DNA of 61,172 bases, filler included, from Sphacelaria rigidula (GCA_964200075.2; 9 parts of 9 records of this genome joined end to end with filler, not necessarily neighbours in it); one strand, 5' to 3'; numbered from the whole stretch's first letter, positions 1 to 12,014 are shown. Notes: generated by a model not told the origin, from the sequence alone. A program made the numbers and translations.

Positions 1-2188
1 GGTACACAAGTGTGTTCATACTTCACCTGTAGGAGCTGGATCGCATAGAAACTGATCTGTCCGACGTGTGAATGAAACCGACGGCGTAGATGGCCGTGCA
101 CGCGGCCGATCTCGCGAGGGGAAAGGCCGGTCGACAGCGAAGCATGCAAGGGGCGAGTCGGACGCATCCCGCGGAAGGGGCGCGGCAAGTGGAGCGAGCA
201 ATGCGCCAGGGGGGCCTGTTGATATGACCGATGGTGAGGGGTGTTACGGGCACGGCGGCGGGAGGCAGGGGGTAGGGAGGGCGCATCCGGGAGAAGAGCC
301 CATCAGTGGCTACTTTTGCGACGGCGGGTCAGATAAACCCGTCGGACACAAGCCGAACTCTGCATTCGGGATCTGGATCGGAGGTTCGGATTCAGAATGC
401 AGCGGGTGCGAGAAAGAGGACTCGGCAACGGAAGCGGGCGATGACCATGAGGAGGATTTCGCGTTCTGATTTTAGCCTGTGGATACTATTGGGGTCGTTC
501 TCTCTGTAGATAGACTGCGCGAACGTTCCTGTACAATTCAACGTTGTTTTCCAGGCTGCAGTCATGAGCCGTGTCTCATGTAGATGGTGATGGTGTTTCG
601 TGCTTGTGCGGTGCACCGTGAGGTGCAAAAGTGTATGGGGAGTGATCTGGTTACGCCCGTCAGCGAATCGCCTGTGGTGCATGAGGCTACATGGTAATGT
701 CATTCAAGTGAGTGTTTCAACGCAAGACGACTAATTTGAACGAGACCATGGTATGCCAGTCAACATTTCGACTTACCGTGCAGCACTACCAACGCTCGCG
801 CCTCAACGCTATGGCGTTCGTGCAAGGAGAGAACCACCGGGAATCATCCGTATCACTACTGTGTTGAACAGTTGGACGAAAAATATCGGGTGGTGTTCTT
901 TGACACACCCTCGCCGATATCCCTGATCCTGCACCATCTGCACCGAACCGGAGGGTCGTGTCACCACTGGTCTTGCGCATCACACATCGGGTCGATTTTC
1001 GGAACGTTTTGATTTTAACCGCTTCTCATTGCAAACGCAACATGTTGAACGCCTGTTTTTTCCTTGTCCTTCTTCGTTTTCGGGGTAGATGGTGGCTGGG
1101 CGGATGTTGCCTCCTCGGTATGCCTTGCGTCCATCCTATGAAAATCCGTCGCGTCACATGAACGTATTCAGGTGCTTGTGTCTTGTTTGTTTTGCTGAAG
1201 TTGCATGTTCGTCCAAGAACTATGAACATCAGTGGAGTCCAGAATAAAGTGGTAGTCAGGTGTAGAAATCCATGACAGTCATCACCTCGTGTCGACTGTT
1301 CGTAGACAAAAATGCTAGTCCAGTCGAAAACAAATCTGCGGCCACCGGAAAATGCGAGCGTGACACGGGTTGTTCCCCCGGACTCGACCACTCTGGCAGG
1401 AAAGTGTATGTTTAAAAAAAATAATCTGCCACTAACCAAAAAATGTTATCGTCCTCGAGTTTTCATTTCCTAAAGGTATAGGAAGCCATTAGAAGCTGTC
1501 AATACCCCCCTAGCTCCCTTAACAACGCAAAATAACACAGATGAACAAAAATAGTGCTGCGAACTGGACCAGCAGTAAATCCCGCATTCGCATGTCACAC
1601 CATAAGTTATCAACTTTACCAAATCAGCCCAACTTGAGTATATTGGTGTGACCTGCAGACCAACGTGGTTACGCACGGGACCGCCGCTTAATGAAAAAAA
1701 AAAGTACTGCATGATGAATCACCTTACCGACGGAACAGAAGGAAAAAAAACTCCGTCGGGGTTCGAAGTCGCGACCTCCATAACTTGCGTCAACTGCATC
1801 ACTTGGAATAAATGAGCGCAGCCGCGTTACACGAAAAGTTGGATGCTGCGCCAAATTTCCTGAAGTTGTGGCCGCAATTGCACCAGGATCTTCTCCACTG
1901 AAGGACACAACAACCACAGTAGGGAAACCCACGCTTTTCTCTTTTTTTCGCGGAGTTATAGCATTTTTCTACTTCTTGAAGAAACTTCAAATCGCTTCAA
2001 CTGCATTTTTTTTCTTCTTGGCATCCCCGGGAAGGTGCGTACTGACGATAAAAATGTTGTGTCAAAATTTCAGCGCCCAACGCTTCGAACTACCAACCGC
2101 ACGGCCTTGATACATTCGCAAGTCACTGTCAGCTGGCCCAGCTCGTTCAGTATTTTTTTGCGTTGTTTGTTTGCCATGACAACTGACC
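1..2188 (+). mobile_element. 3' part of a degenerate DNA transposon related to the Academ-like relic in contig 9; end approximate, interrupted by a nested element at 1560-2145
   Basis: ORF 68-469 ends GIWIGGSDSECSGCEKEDSATEAGDDHEEDFAF*, matching 57588-57899 GIWLGDSDSKCSDSEEENSASEAGKDYDDEFAF*. Segments ~1335-1555 and 2146-2191 resemble the right arm of the MITE at 25055-25531. Confidence 0.5.
1560..2145. mobile_element. Non-autonomous TIR element, CGAGCTGGGCCAGC-terminus family (probably Tc1/mariner-type, TA target)
   Basis: Left end cgaactggaccagc, right end gctggcccagctcg (12/14 inverted match). Other termini of the family are TA-flanked at 6496, 20703, 28225 and 37569. Confidence 0.55.
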
Positions 2189-4084
2189 TTAGAGGCGGAG
2201 GGTTCACGGCTTCGCTGGCGACAGCATGCATGTGTGTGTACGCTATGTTTTGGGCAGCGACCTCGCGGACCACCGCAGCTATAACGCCATGCATATGTTC
2301 AAACCATCTTATCTGCTGACAGGCAACGGTGTTGTTTCGACGAAAGAGTGTGGGAGAATATATTCACGACAACGAACACACCTAAACGCGGCGCAATTGC
2401 CGCCGTCGTATTTTGGATACGCTTTTCCGGCTTCCTTTGTATATGATACGCTTTTTCACCGCATCTCATATGTCCCAACACCCCGCACCGAGATGGCAAT
2501 ATCTCGATACACACAGCAGCTGCAGCAACAAATCAAGTTGCTCTGCTAAGACGCATATCTGTCAGCCCTCGAAAGCGCGGCTGCGCATACTCTTGCCTCA
2601 GATGAAAATGTTGACGTATAGTAATCTTCATCTATAGCAATTTCCGCACGATACTGAGAACTACTCGGTGCGATTGTGATGTTAAACGAGAGCTGTTGGT
2701 AATCATAACCTGCCTGTTGAGTTTCAGCTGGCTGCCATTCGTGCACAGCGAGTTATCTTCGATCGTGTGTAGGTCGGCCATATTGGAAAATGACTTTTGG
2801 ACTTGTACAGATTTCCGTGACTTTTTTCCCGGTTATCCGTCGATCGTTCGTGTGCTGTACTGGGTGGAATTGAACCGGACTGCGACGGAGGGGTACCGTA
2901 GGATAAGTACTCCAGCTGTGCATCAGCATAGTTATCATTGTTTTGCCTTGTCGACTTATTTCTCTTCACCAAGTCGATTTTTGGGGGTGGTGGTCAAAAA
3001 CATGACACTAAACTAATCTTAAGACTGTACCAAGTTGTACAACGACCCTTTCTGGATCATGACCAGTTGTAGTGTACCGGTCGGCGTACAGTCTGTAGAG
3101 CTGTGCAATTCATGACGCACGGCCCTACGCACGCTGTAGACGCTGCGAGGCGCTGAAATTTCGCTCATATGTCGTGCGAACCACAGTCAACAGTTTCACG
3201 TCGCTATATCTGGTGCTGTGCGCTGCGGCAGTGCGCACTAGAGGGAAAGGCGGTCAGATTATGTTCCGATTTTTTCCTTTTCTTTCGATGTACCACTAGA
3301 TGTCCTAATTTAGAGGATCTAGATCTAGTGCCTCTGCTCATAATATATTGATTTTAGTGCTAGACCTCATGTGCACTATATCTGGAGGTAGACTAGGTGG
3401 GGGTGAGGGTATCTATCGTCTCCCCGTGCTCCAGGAATGGTCCACACTAAAAATCGTCGTCATTCGCTGCTCATGAAGGTACATCATTCGAGGTTCTATA
3501 TTGATTTTAGTATGGAAGCTAATTGGGGTTTCCGCGCGACTTAGCTAGCTCACCTAGATATATACACCAATGTGTGCAGGTCCTCACTACTACACTGAGC
3601 TCAGTTGCGTCCCTGTGAACTCCACATCATCCGGCTGCATGGCTAGGTGTCCCGTAACATAATCGTGACTACCCTGCGCAGGAATGTCACAGGAACATGT
3701 CCGCGCAGATACTTCACAGGTGTATTCCTATGAGGTAGGACATCATACTGCTGCCATCATGTGGAAAGCTCTCTGCAGGGTCTTCGCTGGTGAGGTACCT
3801 TTGCCCACCTGCGCTGCCTACCGGAAACCGCTGGATGTCTCCGGACTGTCAGTCTGTGAAACTGTTCCGAGGGGACGCTCACTGTCGAAGGGTAACATCT
3901 ATCAGTTTCATGTGCTCTACGCATGAATTATATTCCAATTAGACTCCTGATGGTGCGGGCAGTGACATCTTGCCCAGTCTCGTGAAGGATCACTTGTCGC
4001 TCCGGATCACTCGCCCCTCCCCCGGGAACTGTCTTGCAGTTTAGCATCACACACCAGAATATACTCTAGGAGGGGTGCCTGCCT

Positions 4085-4327
4085 ATGCCAGCGATGAGGC
4101 TATGCCGATCATTGCTCTTTTCAGCGTTGGCCGCATCATGCCTCGCGAGCAGTGCGGCACTCACGGTCAAGGTACCTGGAGATCCCAACCGTGATTCAAA
4201 TAGTGATTTTGGAAGCTCGCCAAGATACGAACATGTACAGGCGGAGGGGGGAGCTACTTCCGGCGAGAGTTCGCCGAGGTCGGCATTTTCGGTGGCGCGG
4301 CACAAGATAGACATAAATTTTCCATCG
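4085..4327 (+). CDS. Possible first exon of a secreted protein of unknown function
   Basis: Signal-peptide-like start MPAMRLCRSLLFSALAASCLASSAALTVK; open to a GTAAGA donor at 4328; no recognisable domain. Confidence 0.35.
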
Positions 4328-4688
4328 GTAAGACTCTTGACTGTACTTTTCTGCACCGTGCTATCTATGCTAATTGTGCTGCTTGTGCTGCTTGTGCTGT
4401 CTGAGCTGTGCTCTGCACTGTTTTCACGAGTGACCGGTTACCTACCGCCGTGCTGTCTGTTTTCTGGATACTTTAGTCCCAATCTCAGGATGAAAAGATT
4501 ATTCGATTTCAGTATAGACAACATATGTGATGTTCTAGTGGCATATGCTCGCGATTGAAGGGTTGAGCAGTAGTGGACAAAACAGGCGCTTCAGGCGAGT
4601 AAAGAGGAGAGGCTCCTCACAATTCCAGGAAGCTTCGCAGCCTGAGCGATCGTTAAATGAGCGTCATTTCCACTTGGAAAATATATGT

Positions 4689-4958
4689 AACCTCCTGACG
4701 GCTGGGTCGTGAGTTCGAATCTAGGTGAAGTCACACGATCTAGGATTTTTTACACTACGCCTCACAGTTTAGAGCGACGATGTCGTTCGTGGGTGGACAA
4801 AACTAGGCTTGAGGGTCGACGCGGCACCACTGAACTCCTGTCGCGAAAACATAAATTAAAGCAAGCACCGAAGATTTAACCCTTGTGGGACTGGGCCTCC
4901 AACGACCAATGGGGCTGTTCAGGAATGACCTGTCCTGCATTGGCATGAAACGGTAAAT
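4689..4958 (+). mobile_element. 5'-truncated tRNA-derived SINE (tail type A)
   Basis: B-box-like GAGTTCGAATC, then a core similar to the SINE at 4967 (agagcgacgatgtcg..tgggtggacaaaa..cttga; gcaagcaccg). Confidence 0.6.
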
Positions 4959-4966
4959 CGTAGCCC

Positions 4967-5296
4967 GTCGCCCCGGTGGTTTAGTTGGTAACCTCGAGAC
5001 CTTCTGACGGTTGGGTCGTGGGTTCAAATCGCGGAGCGATCTGGTATTTCTTCCCACACCATACCCAACAGTGAAGAGCGACTATGTCGTGGGTACACAA
5101 AATTCGACTTGATGCCCGACGAGGGAAAGGGATTGCTGAACCCCTCTCGTGATGGAAAAGAAAGGCAAGCACCGCAGGGTGATCCCGGCTGATGCTCCCA
5201 CATTTACCGAAAGGTGTAGACCGGCGTCCAGAATAGATGACACTACGTTTGTTCCACACACTACATGAAAACCTTCCAAGGGTCGGATAAATAATG
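4967..5296 (+). mobile_element. tRNA-derived SINE (tail type B)
   Basis: GCCCCGG start, A box TGGTTTAGTTGG, B box GGTTCAAATC, a ~250-bp non-tRNA body and an AT-rich end (ataaataat). A second head copy lies at 20259-20327. Confidence 0.75.
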
Positions 5297-5573
5297 ATTC
5301 GTCTAGGAATTACTTGGTTTTAGTATATTGAGTCGACTCGTGACGAATCAATCCCTAGGCTTGATTTCAGCGTTGCAACCCAGATATCAACACACACAAC
5401 ATAGTGCGATCATGTTGCTAAAAACCACGTATGTATGTAACCGCATGGTTGGACGAACACCAAAAGTTTCATCCAATCTAGTTTTTTCAGGTCCAGGTGC
5501 GAACTGTTGTCTGTACTGTAATCCGGGTGTTGTGCACATCAGGTAATATGCAGATGTTTCAAGCTGTATATGA

Positions 5574-5778
5574 GGCCGTGTCTCATCAAATGGTCTTCGC
5601 GTCGAAAACGTGCGGTGGAATCGAATGCGCTCGTTTCTGATTCATCCACGCCTTGTTTACGCTGGTGTTTTTCTCAGATAGATGGTTGAGAACATGAATG
5701 CCGTGAACATATCAGGTACGAGCAAATTCGATTTCACCGTACGTTTTCGAATCGAAAACAATTTGGGACGACACGGCT
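5574..5778. mobile_element. MITE with 3-bp TGA TSD (PIF/Harbinger Tourist-like)
   Basis: tga|ggccgtgtctcatcaaatggtcttcg ... cgaaaacaatttgggacgacacggct|tga; imperfect ~26-bp TIRs. Confidence 0.65.
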
Positions 5779-6513
5779 TGAGTCGCCGTAGAGAGCCTTC
5801 AACACGATGTGGCAACCGCCGCCCGCCACTTGTGCACTTGGACTTCTTTTACGTAAAGTGATCATTTTTTGTACATATTTTTTGACGACCTCCATCACTC
5901 CATACTAGAGGTATCTCTAACTCAGGGCTCCCGGTATATTTGACTGTAAATTACTCTGAAATACACCTGGAACCTCGAGTTTGAGAGCCCTCTACTACCT
6001 CAGGTGAAAGATATTTCTTCGGTGATGTGGATGCATGCATCTGTTTAGATCATTTTTCCGGAGAACCCCTGACCGGTTTTGACAGTGCAGTGAGTGGCGT
6101 ACAGTCAGTATCTGTGCGGGATTTCTCCACTGGATATCACGGCAAGAAGCAGAAATAAAAGTGCCTTCGCTTTCCACTGAACACAGTCTACTGTATGCTG
6201 CTGATACCTCTGCTTAGTATTCCACAGCAACACTACAACAGTGTGTGTGAAGCTATGATGGTATGAGGGGTCAGGTAGGCGGTATACTTTATGAACGGAG
6301 TATGGAGCACGTCACTGTGCCCGGACTCCCGACAGAGATACGTTTGTGGCACTTGCCCCGCACAATCGTGTGTTGGCACCAGGTTACCTCCTGAATCGGC
6401 ATCAATTTCACTTGATAAAAAGTATACAAAATCCAGACGGACTCCTCCCGCGGTCCAAGGGTTGAAAACAGCTGTTGTGAACCTTCCTCGTGGTACGAGC
6501 TGGGCCAGCTTAA

Positions 6514-6709
6514 CCCTTAGACCGCGAGATGAGTCTTTCTTGATCATGTGCATACCTTTTTTCGCTCGAAATTGATGCCGATTCAACAGAAGACTTACCT
6601 CGCGGTCTGAGGGTTAACCCTTAGACGGTGAGATGAGTCTGGATCATGCATACTTTTTTTCACTTGAAATTGATGCCGATTCAACAGAAGACTAACATCG
6701 TGGTCTGAG
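6514..6709. mobile_element. Two tandem ~100-bp piggyBac-type MITEs (6514-6613; 6618 to contig end)
   Basis: TTAA|CCCTTAGACCGCGAG ... CTCGCGGTCTGAGGG|TTAA; the second copy starts after the shared TTAA. Confidence 0.8.
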
Positions 6710-6809
6710 NNNNNNNNNNNNNNNNNNNNNNNNNNNNNNNNNNNNNNNNNNNNTTAATTAATTAANNNNNNNNNNNNNNNNNNNNNNNNNNNNNNNNNNN
6801 NNNNNNNNN
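6710..6809. other. Artificial contig-joining linker (N44-TTAATTAATTAA-N44); repeated at 13519-13618, 20328-20427, 27136-27235, 33944-34043, 40752-40851, 47559-47658, 54366-54465
   Basis: Eight identical 100-bp spacers carrying a six-frame stop 12-mer; the flanking contigs decrease in length from 6709 to 6707 bp. Confidence 0.97.
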
Positions 6810-6861
<52 letters not shown>

Positions 6862-7098
6862 TTTTTTGTGTTGTTGTTTTTTGTTTGTTACCGAGAGAGG
6901 CACTCCGCTAGCAGCCGCCGCAGGAGCGGCGCAATCACCCAACCGTCCGTACTGTTTCCGTACTAGCATACGATAGAACCGCATTTCTAGCACACAGCAC
7001 GGGAAAACAAAGGCAGGAATGCAGCTAACATGCGACAGCACAGTATGGCTAATACCACTCCTTGATGCTCACATCCAAGTACGACGCTACTGCCGTAC

Positions 7099-7227
7099 CT
7101 GTGCAGCGACGCAGCAGGACGTGGTGGTCTTGCCCACTCCTCCTTTTCCGCCTACGAAAATCCATTGCAAGCTCTCCTGGTCCACGAGGTTCTTCAGTGA
7201 CGAATCCAGCTCACCAAACTCCGCCAT
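7099..7227 (-). CDS. ASNA1: GET3/ArsA-family ATPase (tail-anchored protein targeting), first coding exon; rest of gene beyond the contig end
   Basis: [43 protein letters not shown] with the GET3-type deviant Walker A ([10 protein letters not shown]), followed by a GTACGG donor. Confidence 0.92.
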
Positions 7228-7715
7228 GTTCCTCACACACCCAAAGTCTACGTCAATGAAGCTGTGCACAATTGCCAGCTCAACTGTCACCAGTCTCTGT
7301 GGTCACTCGACGTCCGCACAAAGTCTTGTGTTTTCCAGAGAAGATGAGCTCGATCGAGACGTGAATATATTGCTACGCGTTTACGAAGTCGTACTCTGGC
7401 ACGTTGCTGCCTTCGATTACTGATCATGAGTTGCGGCGGCTAGCTTATATGGATAGGCTTTGAAAATGGATTATATACATCTCCCCATAGAATTTGCGTG
7501 TGTTTTGTGATCCTGTGTAGATATGCTTTGTTTTGTCAGCTGAGAACCTTCTCGTCTGGTCTTGTTCACCGCGGGTCTGAATAGCATCAGCATGATCTTG
7601 TGTCGCTGGGTTTGTTTCGTGTGATCGGCCCGACACTTCTCTACCTCACGAAGAAGCTGCTATCGCAAGTCGAATACCACCGCCGAGAGAGAGGGAGGGA
7701 GGAGGGCAAAGAGGA

Positions 7716-7863
7716 ATGGCAGCCCGAGTGGTGGTCTTGCGGCGTACGGTGGTGGCGGCGGGGTCCAACCCTGCTGGGGCGATCTTCCGGCGTCGGCTGT
7801 GCGTTGCTCCCCAGCGACGGCGGCCGTTGCAGGAACAGGAGGATACGACAAGGCAAAGCCGCA
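7716..7863 (+). CDS. Probable first exon of an unknown protein with an Arg-rich, mitochondrial-type transit peptide
   Basis: MAARVVVLRRTVVAAGSNPAGAIFRRRLCVAPQRRRPLQ..., ending at a GTGAGT donor in phase 1, compatible with the exon at ~10394. Confidence 0.5.
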
Positions 7864-8743
7864 GTGAGTACTGACGATGGTTCGTGAGTGATGTATGCAA
7901 TGGCTTGTGGTTCGACTACAAATATCGGTTTATCATCTACACCTAGATACGACTATTTGTGGAGGGTGAAAAATTGTCTGTGATTCAGTGCGACACAGTA
8001 TTATGCAAGGGCATTTTTGTGCTCTAGCCCCACGCTGCAGCACTCGCCTGTCGGCTGTGCTGGCGAATACCCTCTACTTGATAGTTATACCGCGAACTCT
8101 GTACCTGTACTCCACATGTTCCTTTTGTTGTTTCGTGTTGTCTTTTCCAGTAAATGAGGGCGTTTCGAGACCTGAAACTAACATCAGCGTCTGTTGATAT
8201 CGCTGTACGATAGTCGGGAGCTTCGGAACCGAAACCACGACTTTCGCCGACACGCGGACAACGACTTGTTCACATCAGCGTTCACAAAAAAACATATAAC
8301 TTTATCAGCAGCTCGTCGAAAGCCAGGACCGTGCCGTATGTAATACGTACCAACGGTCATATCTGCTCCATGTTCACTTGCTCGCACGGATACAGCATGG
8401 TCGGTGTCAAAACAACCCCTATCGATGCTTTTTGTGGATATGGAAGACGTCTCCCTGCAAAAATGCCCATTTTGGCGATTTGATGCCGATTTTCGCCTTA
8501 AAAATCTTCGCAGATTGTGCCACCTCGGAAACAAGTCCCCGACGGAATAATAGCGCACTTTTCTGACTTGTTGTATACACAATTGGCTCTTGGTCAAACC
8601 AGCACTGTTTCACAAACCAAAAGAAGATTTCAACTCTTTTCGGCAAACTCGGAGAAACTCACAGAAATTGCAAGTTGTTAGTTTTTTGCATTGGATATCG
8701 TCGGTCCGAAAGATTCGGCGAAGTGCGCTGGAATCTTCTTTAA

Positions 8744-10261
8744 CCCTTTTGGAACCCTCCTCTCCTGTCCCCTGGCCAAACGCCTTATTGTGAGAATCCC
8801 TGACGAAGAGGAAAACATATAAACAGAATAGGCCGACGGCAACCATTTTTATAAAGGAAGCCCGGAGAAGAATATCCTCCCTGGAGAATTTGGGTAAGGT
8901 TTGTCCAATCATACCACGCAACGGATGAAGTGTGTCCAATTATATCCATCGACAAAAATCAGCAAAACCACTATGAAACATTCCATTCAAAAAATGACAA
9001 TGGGCTTCAGGGTCCAACTTGGGACGTTTGTATATCAGCATTTGTACATGAGGGAAGCACCGCTTTGACGGGCTGCAGCATCGGGTGGCGAGTTTGCCAA
9101 GCCAGACCGTACATACAGCACAGTATGGCTGAACCCAGCGAAATCCCGTCACCACATGTGGAAGGCACAGTGGCTTGTGCGGGCGGTACATGGCGGGTGT
9201 AATCGCAGGCGTCCGAACAGGCGATATACATGTACACGGGAGGGAGCCGACGGACACCGCCTAACGTAATCAGGCCAGATGAAAAACACTACAGTCAGTA
9301 AATACAGTAGGTTACAGTATTGACTTGCGGCTACACTCCGTGCAAGATAAATATGGGCATGTCGTGAAAAGTCGACCACGAGAGTAGACGGCACGAGACG
9401 ATAGCGGTAGCCGGCGTCATTAATCTCATGCAGCAGGAAGTATGTCTATGCAACGGTCGGGAACGATCAGCCCGCGGTATAGATGTGGTGGGGCAACTGT
9501 GCCTTTCGCTACGCCGTTGTGTATTAGTCAGCCCGAAGTATGATGTTGTCGGCACGTACTTGGCAAAACGCTGTTCTGTGCATGCCCCGCGTTTTACAGA
9601 GATATTTTCAAAATACAATACAGACATGACACGAAGCAGTATGGTATCACCCCTGGGGCGACGGCACTTGGCAGACTCTATACCACAGTGACGGTGCATA
9701 ACTGCAGGGCACAGGGCGTCTGCGTCGCCTTTACCCATTTTTCAAAGGGCGGGATGGTGCTGTCGGAACGTGGATGAGCGCGATGTTGTGCATGACGTGA
9801 GTCTGCAGTCGAGATTACCCCAAACTGCTGTAAACACACCCAGTACTGTACAGGGCAGTGTCGCAGCACCCCCGGGGGCACGGAAAGGTGACTGCCTGGG
9901 ATTGCATGCCGCCAGTTCATTCATTTAGCGAATGTGCAATCGGCGTTGCCCTTGTTGCTATGACACTGCAAAGAGTATAAACTGCAGCGGGCAGGGCGTG
10001 TAGGTCAGGCCGGAAGCATGCTACACAGAGGCCTGCCGCGCACTGTGGCCGAGCAAGGACCTCATGAGTGTAGAAAAAAAAGGCGACGGATCGCAGCAAG
10101 AAAATAGGAAACCTTCTCTTGTTCAACTTGTCACTCGTACGGGTCTGAAAAATACGCGTTTGGCCAAAATTGTTGCGTCTAAGCTATGAACCGTCAACCA
10201 TATCTTGCTCAAAAATCGTCAATTGCAAATGATCAATTTTCCATTGTGAGTTCCAAACGGG
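8744..10261. mobile_element. 1.5-kb non-autonomous piggyBac-like element, probably intronic
   Basis: TTAA|CCCTTTTGGAAC ... GTTCCAAACGGG|TTAA (11/12 TIR match); a related terminus lies at ~27060-27110. Confidence 0.75.
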
Positions 10262-10393
10262 TTAACGTATCGCACAAATGTTTTGAGAGGTGGCTCAATC
10301 CGCCAAACTCTTTTTTTCGGGCTAAAATCGGTGGAAAAAAACAAGATTGAGACACACCAAACCCCACCAAAACCGTATTTTTGCCAAACCCAG

Positions 10394-10747
10394 CAGGAGA
10401 GGCGGCACCGGGTCCGACTCCCGAATCTGTCGCAGAAGGATCGCCCACTGCTGCCGCGAGAGAATTGCCTGTCGTAAAAGGCGACGATTGTAGTGTTCAA
10501 GTGGGCGGTAAGACTGGAGGTGCTTCTGCTGCCACTGCTGCTGCACCTGTCGACGCGGTAAGGGTAGCGGCGGGGCAAGCGCCAGGAGCGCCACCCGTGG
10601 GAGGAAGGGCGGCGGGGGGAGGGGCAGCCGAAGGGGAGGACAAAGCGGCGGCATCATCCACAACCGGAGACGAGGACGAGCTTTGGATTGTCGGGCGGGT
10701 GCTGCAGAGGTTCGACGATCGACTAGGAGCGAAACAGGACAGAATAC
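10394..10747 (+). CDS. Internal exon of an unknown Ala/Gly-rich protein (acceptor at 10394 or 10397)
   Basis: CAG acceptor, open frame ...EDELWIVGRVLQRFDDRLGAKQDRI, GTGAGT donor; phase 1 at both ends. Confidence 0.6.
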
Positions 10748-10854
10748 GTGAGTGCTAACTGTCGTGAATATGCACCGTTGGTAAAATCCTACTCTTAATG
10801 TGAAAAATGTCGCGTTTTTATGCGCTCACGGCGCACGATGGAACATGGAAGTCT

Positions 10855-11012
10855 TCGCTTCTGCGAGTTTTGGCGTTCGACCGGCGGCCGTGTCAAGGAT
10901 GACTGAGTCGTGTCACCCCACACACACCCCCACCCCCACCCCCCGGTGCTCCGTCTCGGGAGGGATGCATGATCAATGGCCAAACGACTAAGGCAAGCAA
11001 CAAATGAGAACG

Positions 11013-11055
<43 letters not shown>

Positions 11056-11190
11056 CACACCCCCCCCCCCCCCCCCCCCCCCCCANNNNNNNNNCGTTTC
11101 CGCTTCTGCGGGTGTTGGCGTGCGCCCGGCGGCCGCGTCAAGGATAACCAACTCGTGTCACCCCCCCCCCCCCCCCCCCCCCCCCCCATC
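10855..11190. repeat. Two diverged ~65-bp units (10855-10920, 11097-11162) separated by long poly-C tracts, a small N gap and an R1 terminus
   Basis: cgcttctgcg..tggcg..ccggcggccg.gtcaaggat....tcgtgtcacccc occurs twice. Confidence 0.7.
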
Positions 11191-11547
11191 CCGCTGGCGT
11201 TATAACAAGTTCACCCTGGCGTCCCCCCCCTCATGGTTCAGTCGAGCCCGCCCTACCCTGTTGAAGGAACAGCTGTACTACGTACGGCGTAGCGATGACC
11301 ACGCGCTAGACTCACTCGTCCAGGCGTTTCCCTGGTACAACTCCCGGTTTTCTGGGTGTTCTCGCCTCATTTGCGATGTGCGATAGACGTGGGACATTGG
11401 TTGCTTGGTGTTGAGCTTGGACTGGGAGAGCAGCGTTGACTTTGTAAAACAAGATTTCCCACGCCCAGGGGCACCTAGAGGCATCTTCGAAGAAAGTGCT
11501 CCCGCCGCCGTGTACAACGTCTCAATCCGATAATCGCGCGCAATCAG

Positions 11548-12014
11548 GTGAAGCAGAGTTAGGCGTCATCGATCGCTACGCTTCCCTGATTTCAACTTTA
11601 GATTCGAGCTTGGAGGCGCGAGAGGACGATGAATTTTTGACGTGGTTGGATTCGAGTAAGATATCACCAGCATCCGCGGTATCAACTGATTCTGCGCCAA
11701 GCGAAGGCATCGGCGACGGTGGTAACGGCTCTGCTGCCGGGTCCGATGGCCGGTACAGGGTAGAACAGTTCATCTCGGATGCGGGGGCGAGACTAGATGC
11801 CCTTGTCGCCCACAAACAGGACATGCTCTTTCGGGATCGGGATTTACGAATAGGAAAAAACGGAGACAACGAGACAACGGTGGCGGCCGAGGCGGGAACG
11901 GGGACGGGAACGGGGGCCCAAGTGGGGGGAGCAGCGACAGCTGCAACGGCATTGCCAGAGGATGAGTTGTACCAGGTGTGTGAGCGTGCGAACGAGCTAG
12001 CCGACACGTGTATG
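11548..12014 (+). CDS. Internal exon of the same unknown protein (3' end either 11975 or 12014)
   Basis: atcag acceptor in phase 1; helical-looking EAELGVIDRYASLISTLDSSLEAREDDEFLTWL...LPEDELYQVCERANELADTCM. Confidence 0.6.

Noticed and set aside
4970..5040. Functional tRNA gene (Arg-TCT-like loop)
   Set aside because: Acceptor and anticodon stems do not pair properly and the head runs into a repeated SINE body; the same applies at 20259.
6710..6809. Regularly spaced TTAATTAATTAA motif every ~6.8 kb as a biological periodic element
   Set aside because: Always embedded in exactly 44+44 Ns between size-sorted contigs; it is a concatenation linker. No cross-contig gene cluster can be inferred.
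10795..11386. Poly-Gly/poly-Pro ORFs (also 33017-33487, poly-Lys at 6754-7041 and poly-Val/Thr at 19622-19972)
   Set aside because: Translations of homopolymer tracts beside N gaps or of microsatellites; tract lengths are probably unreliable.
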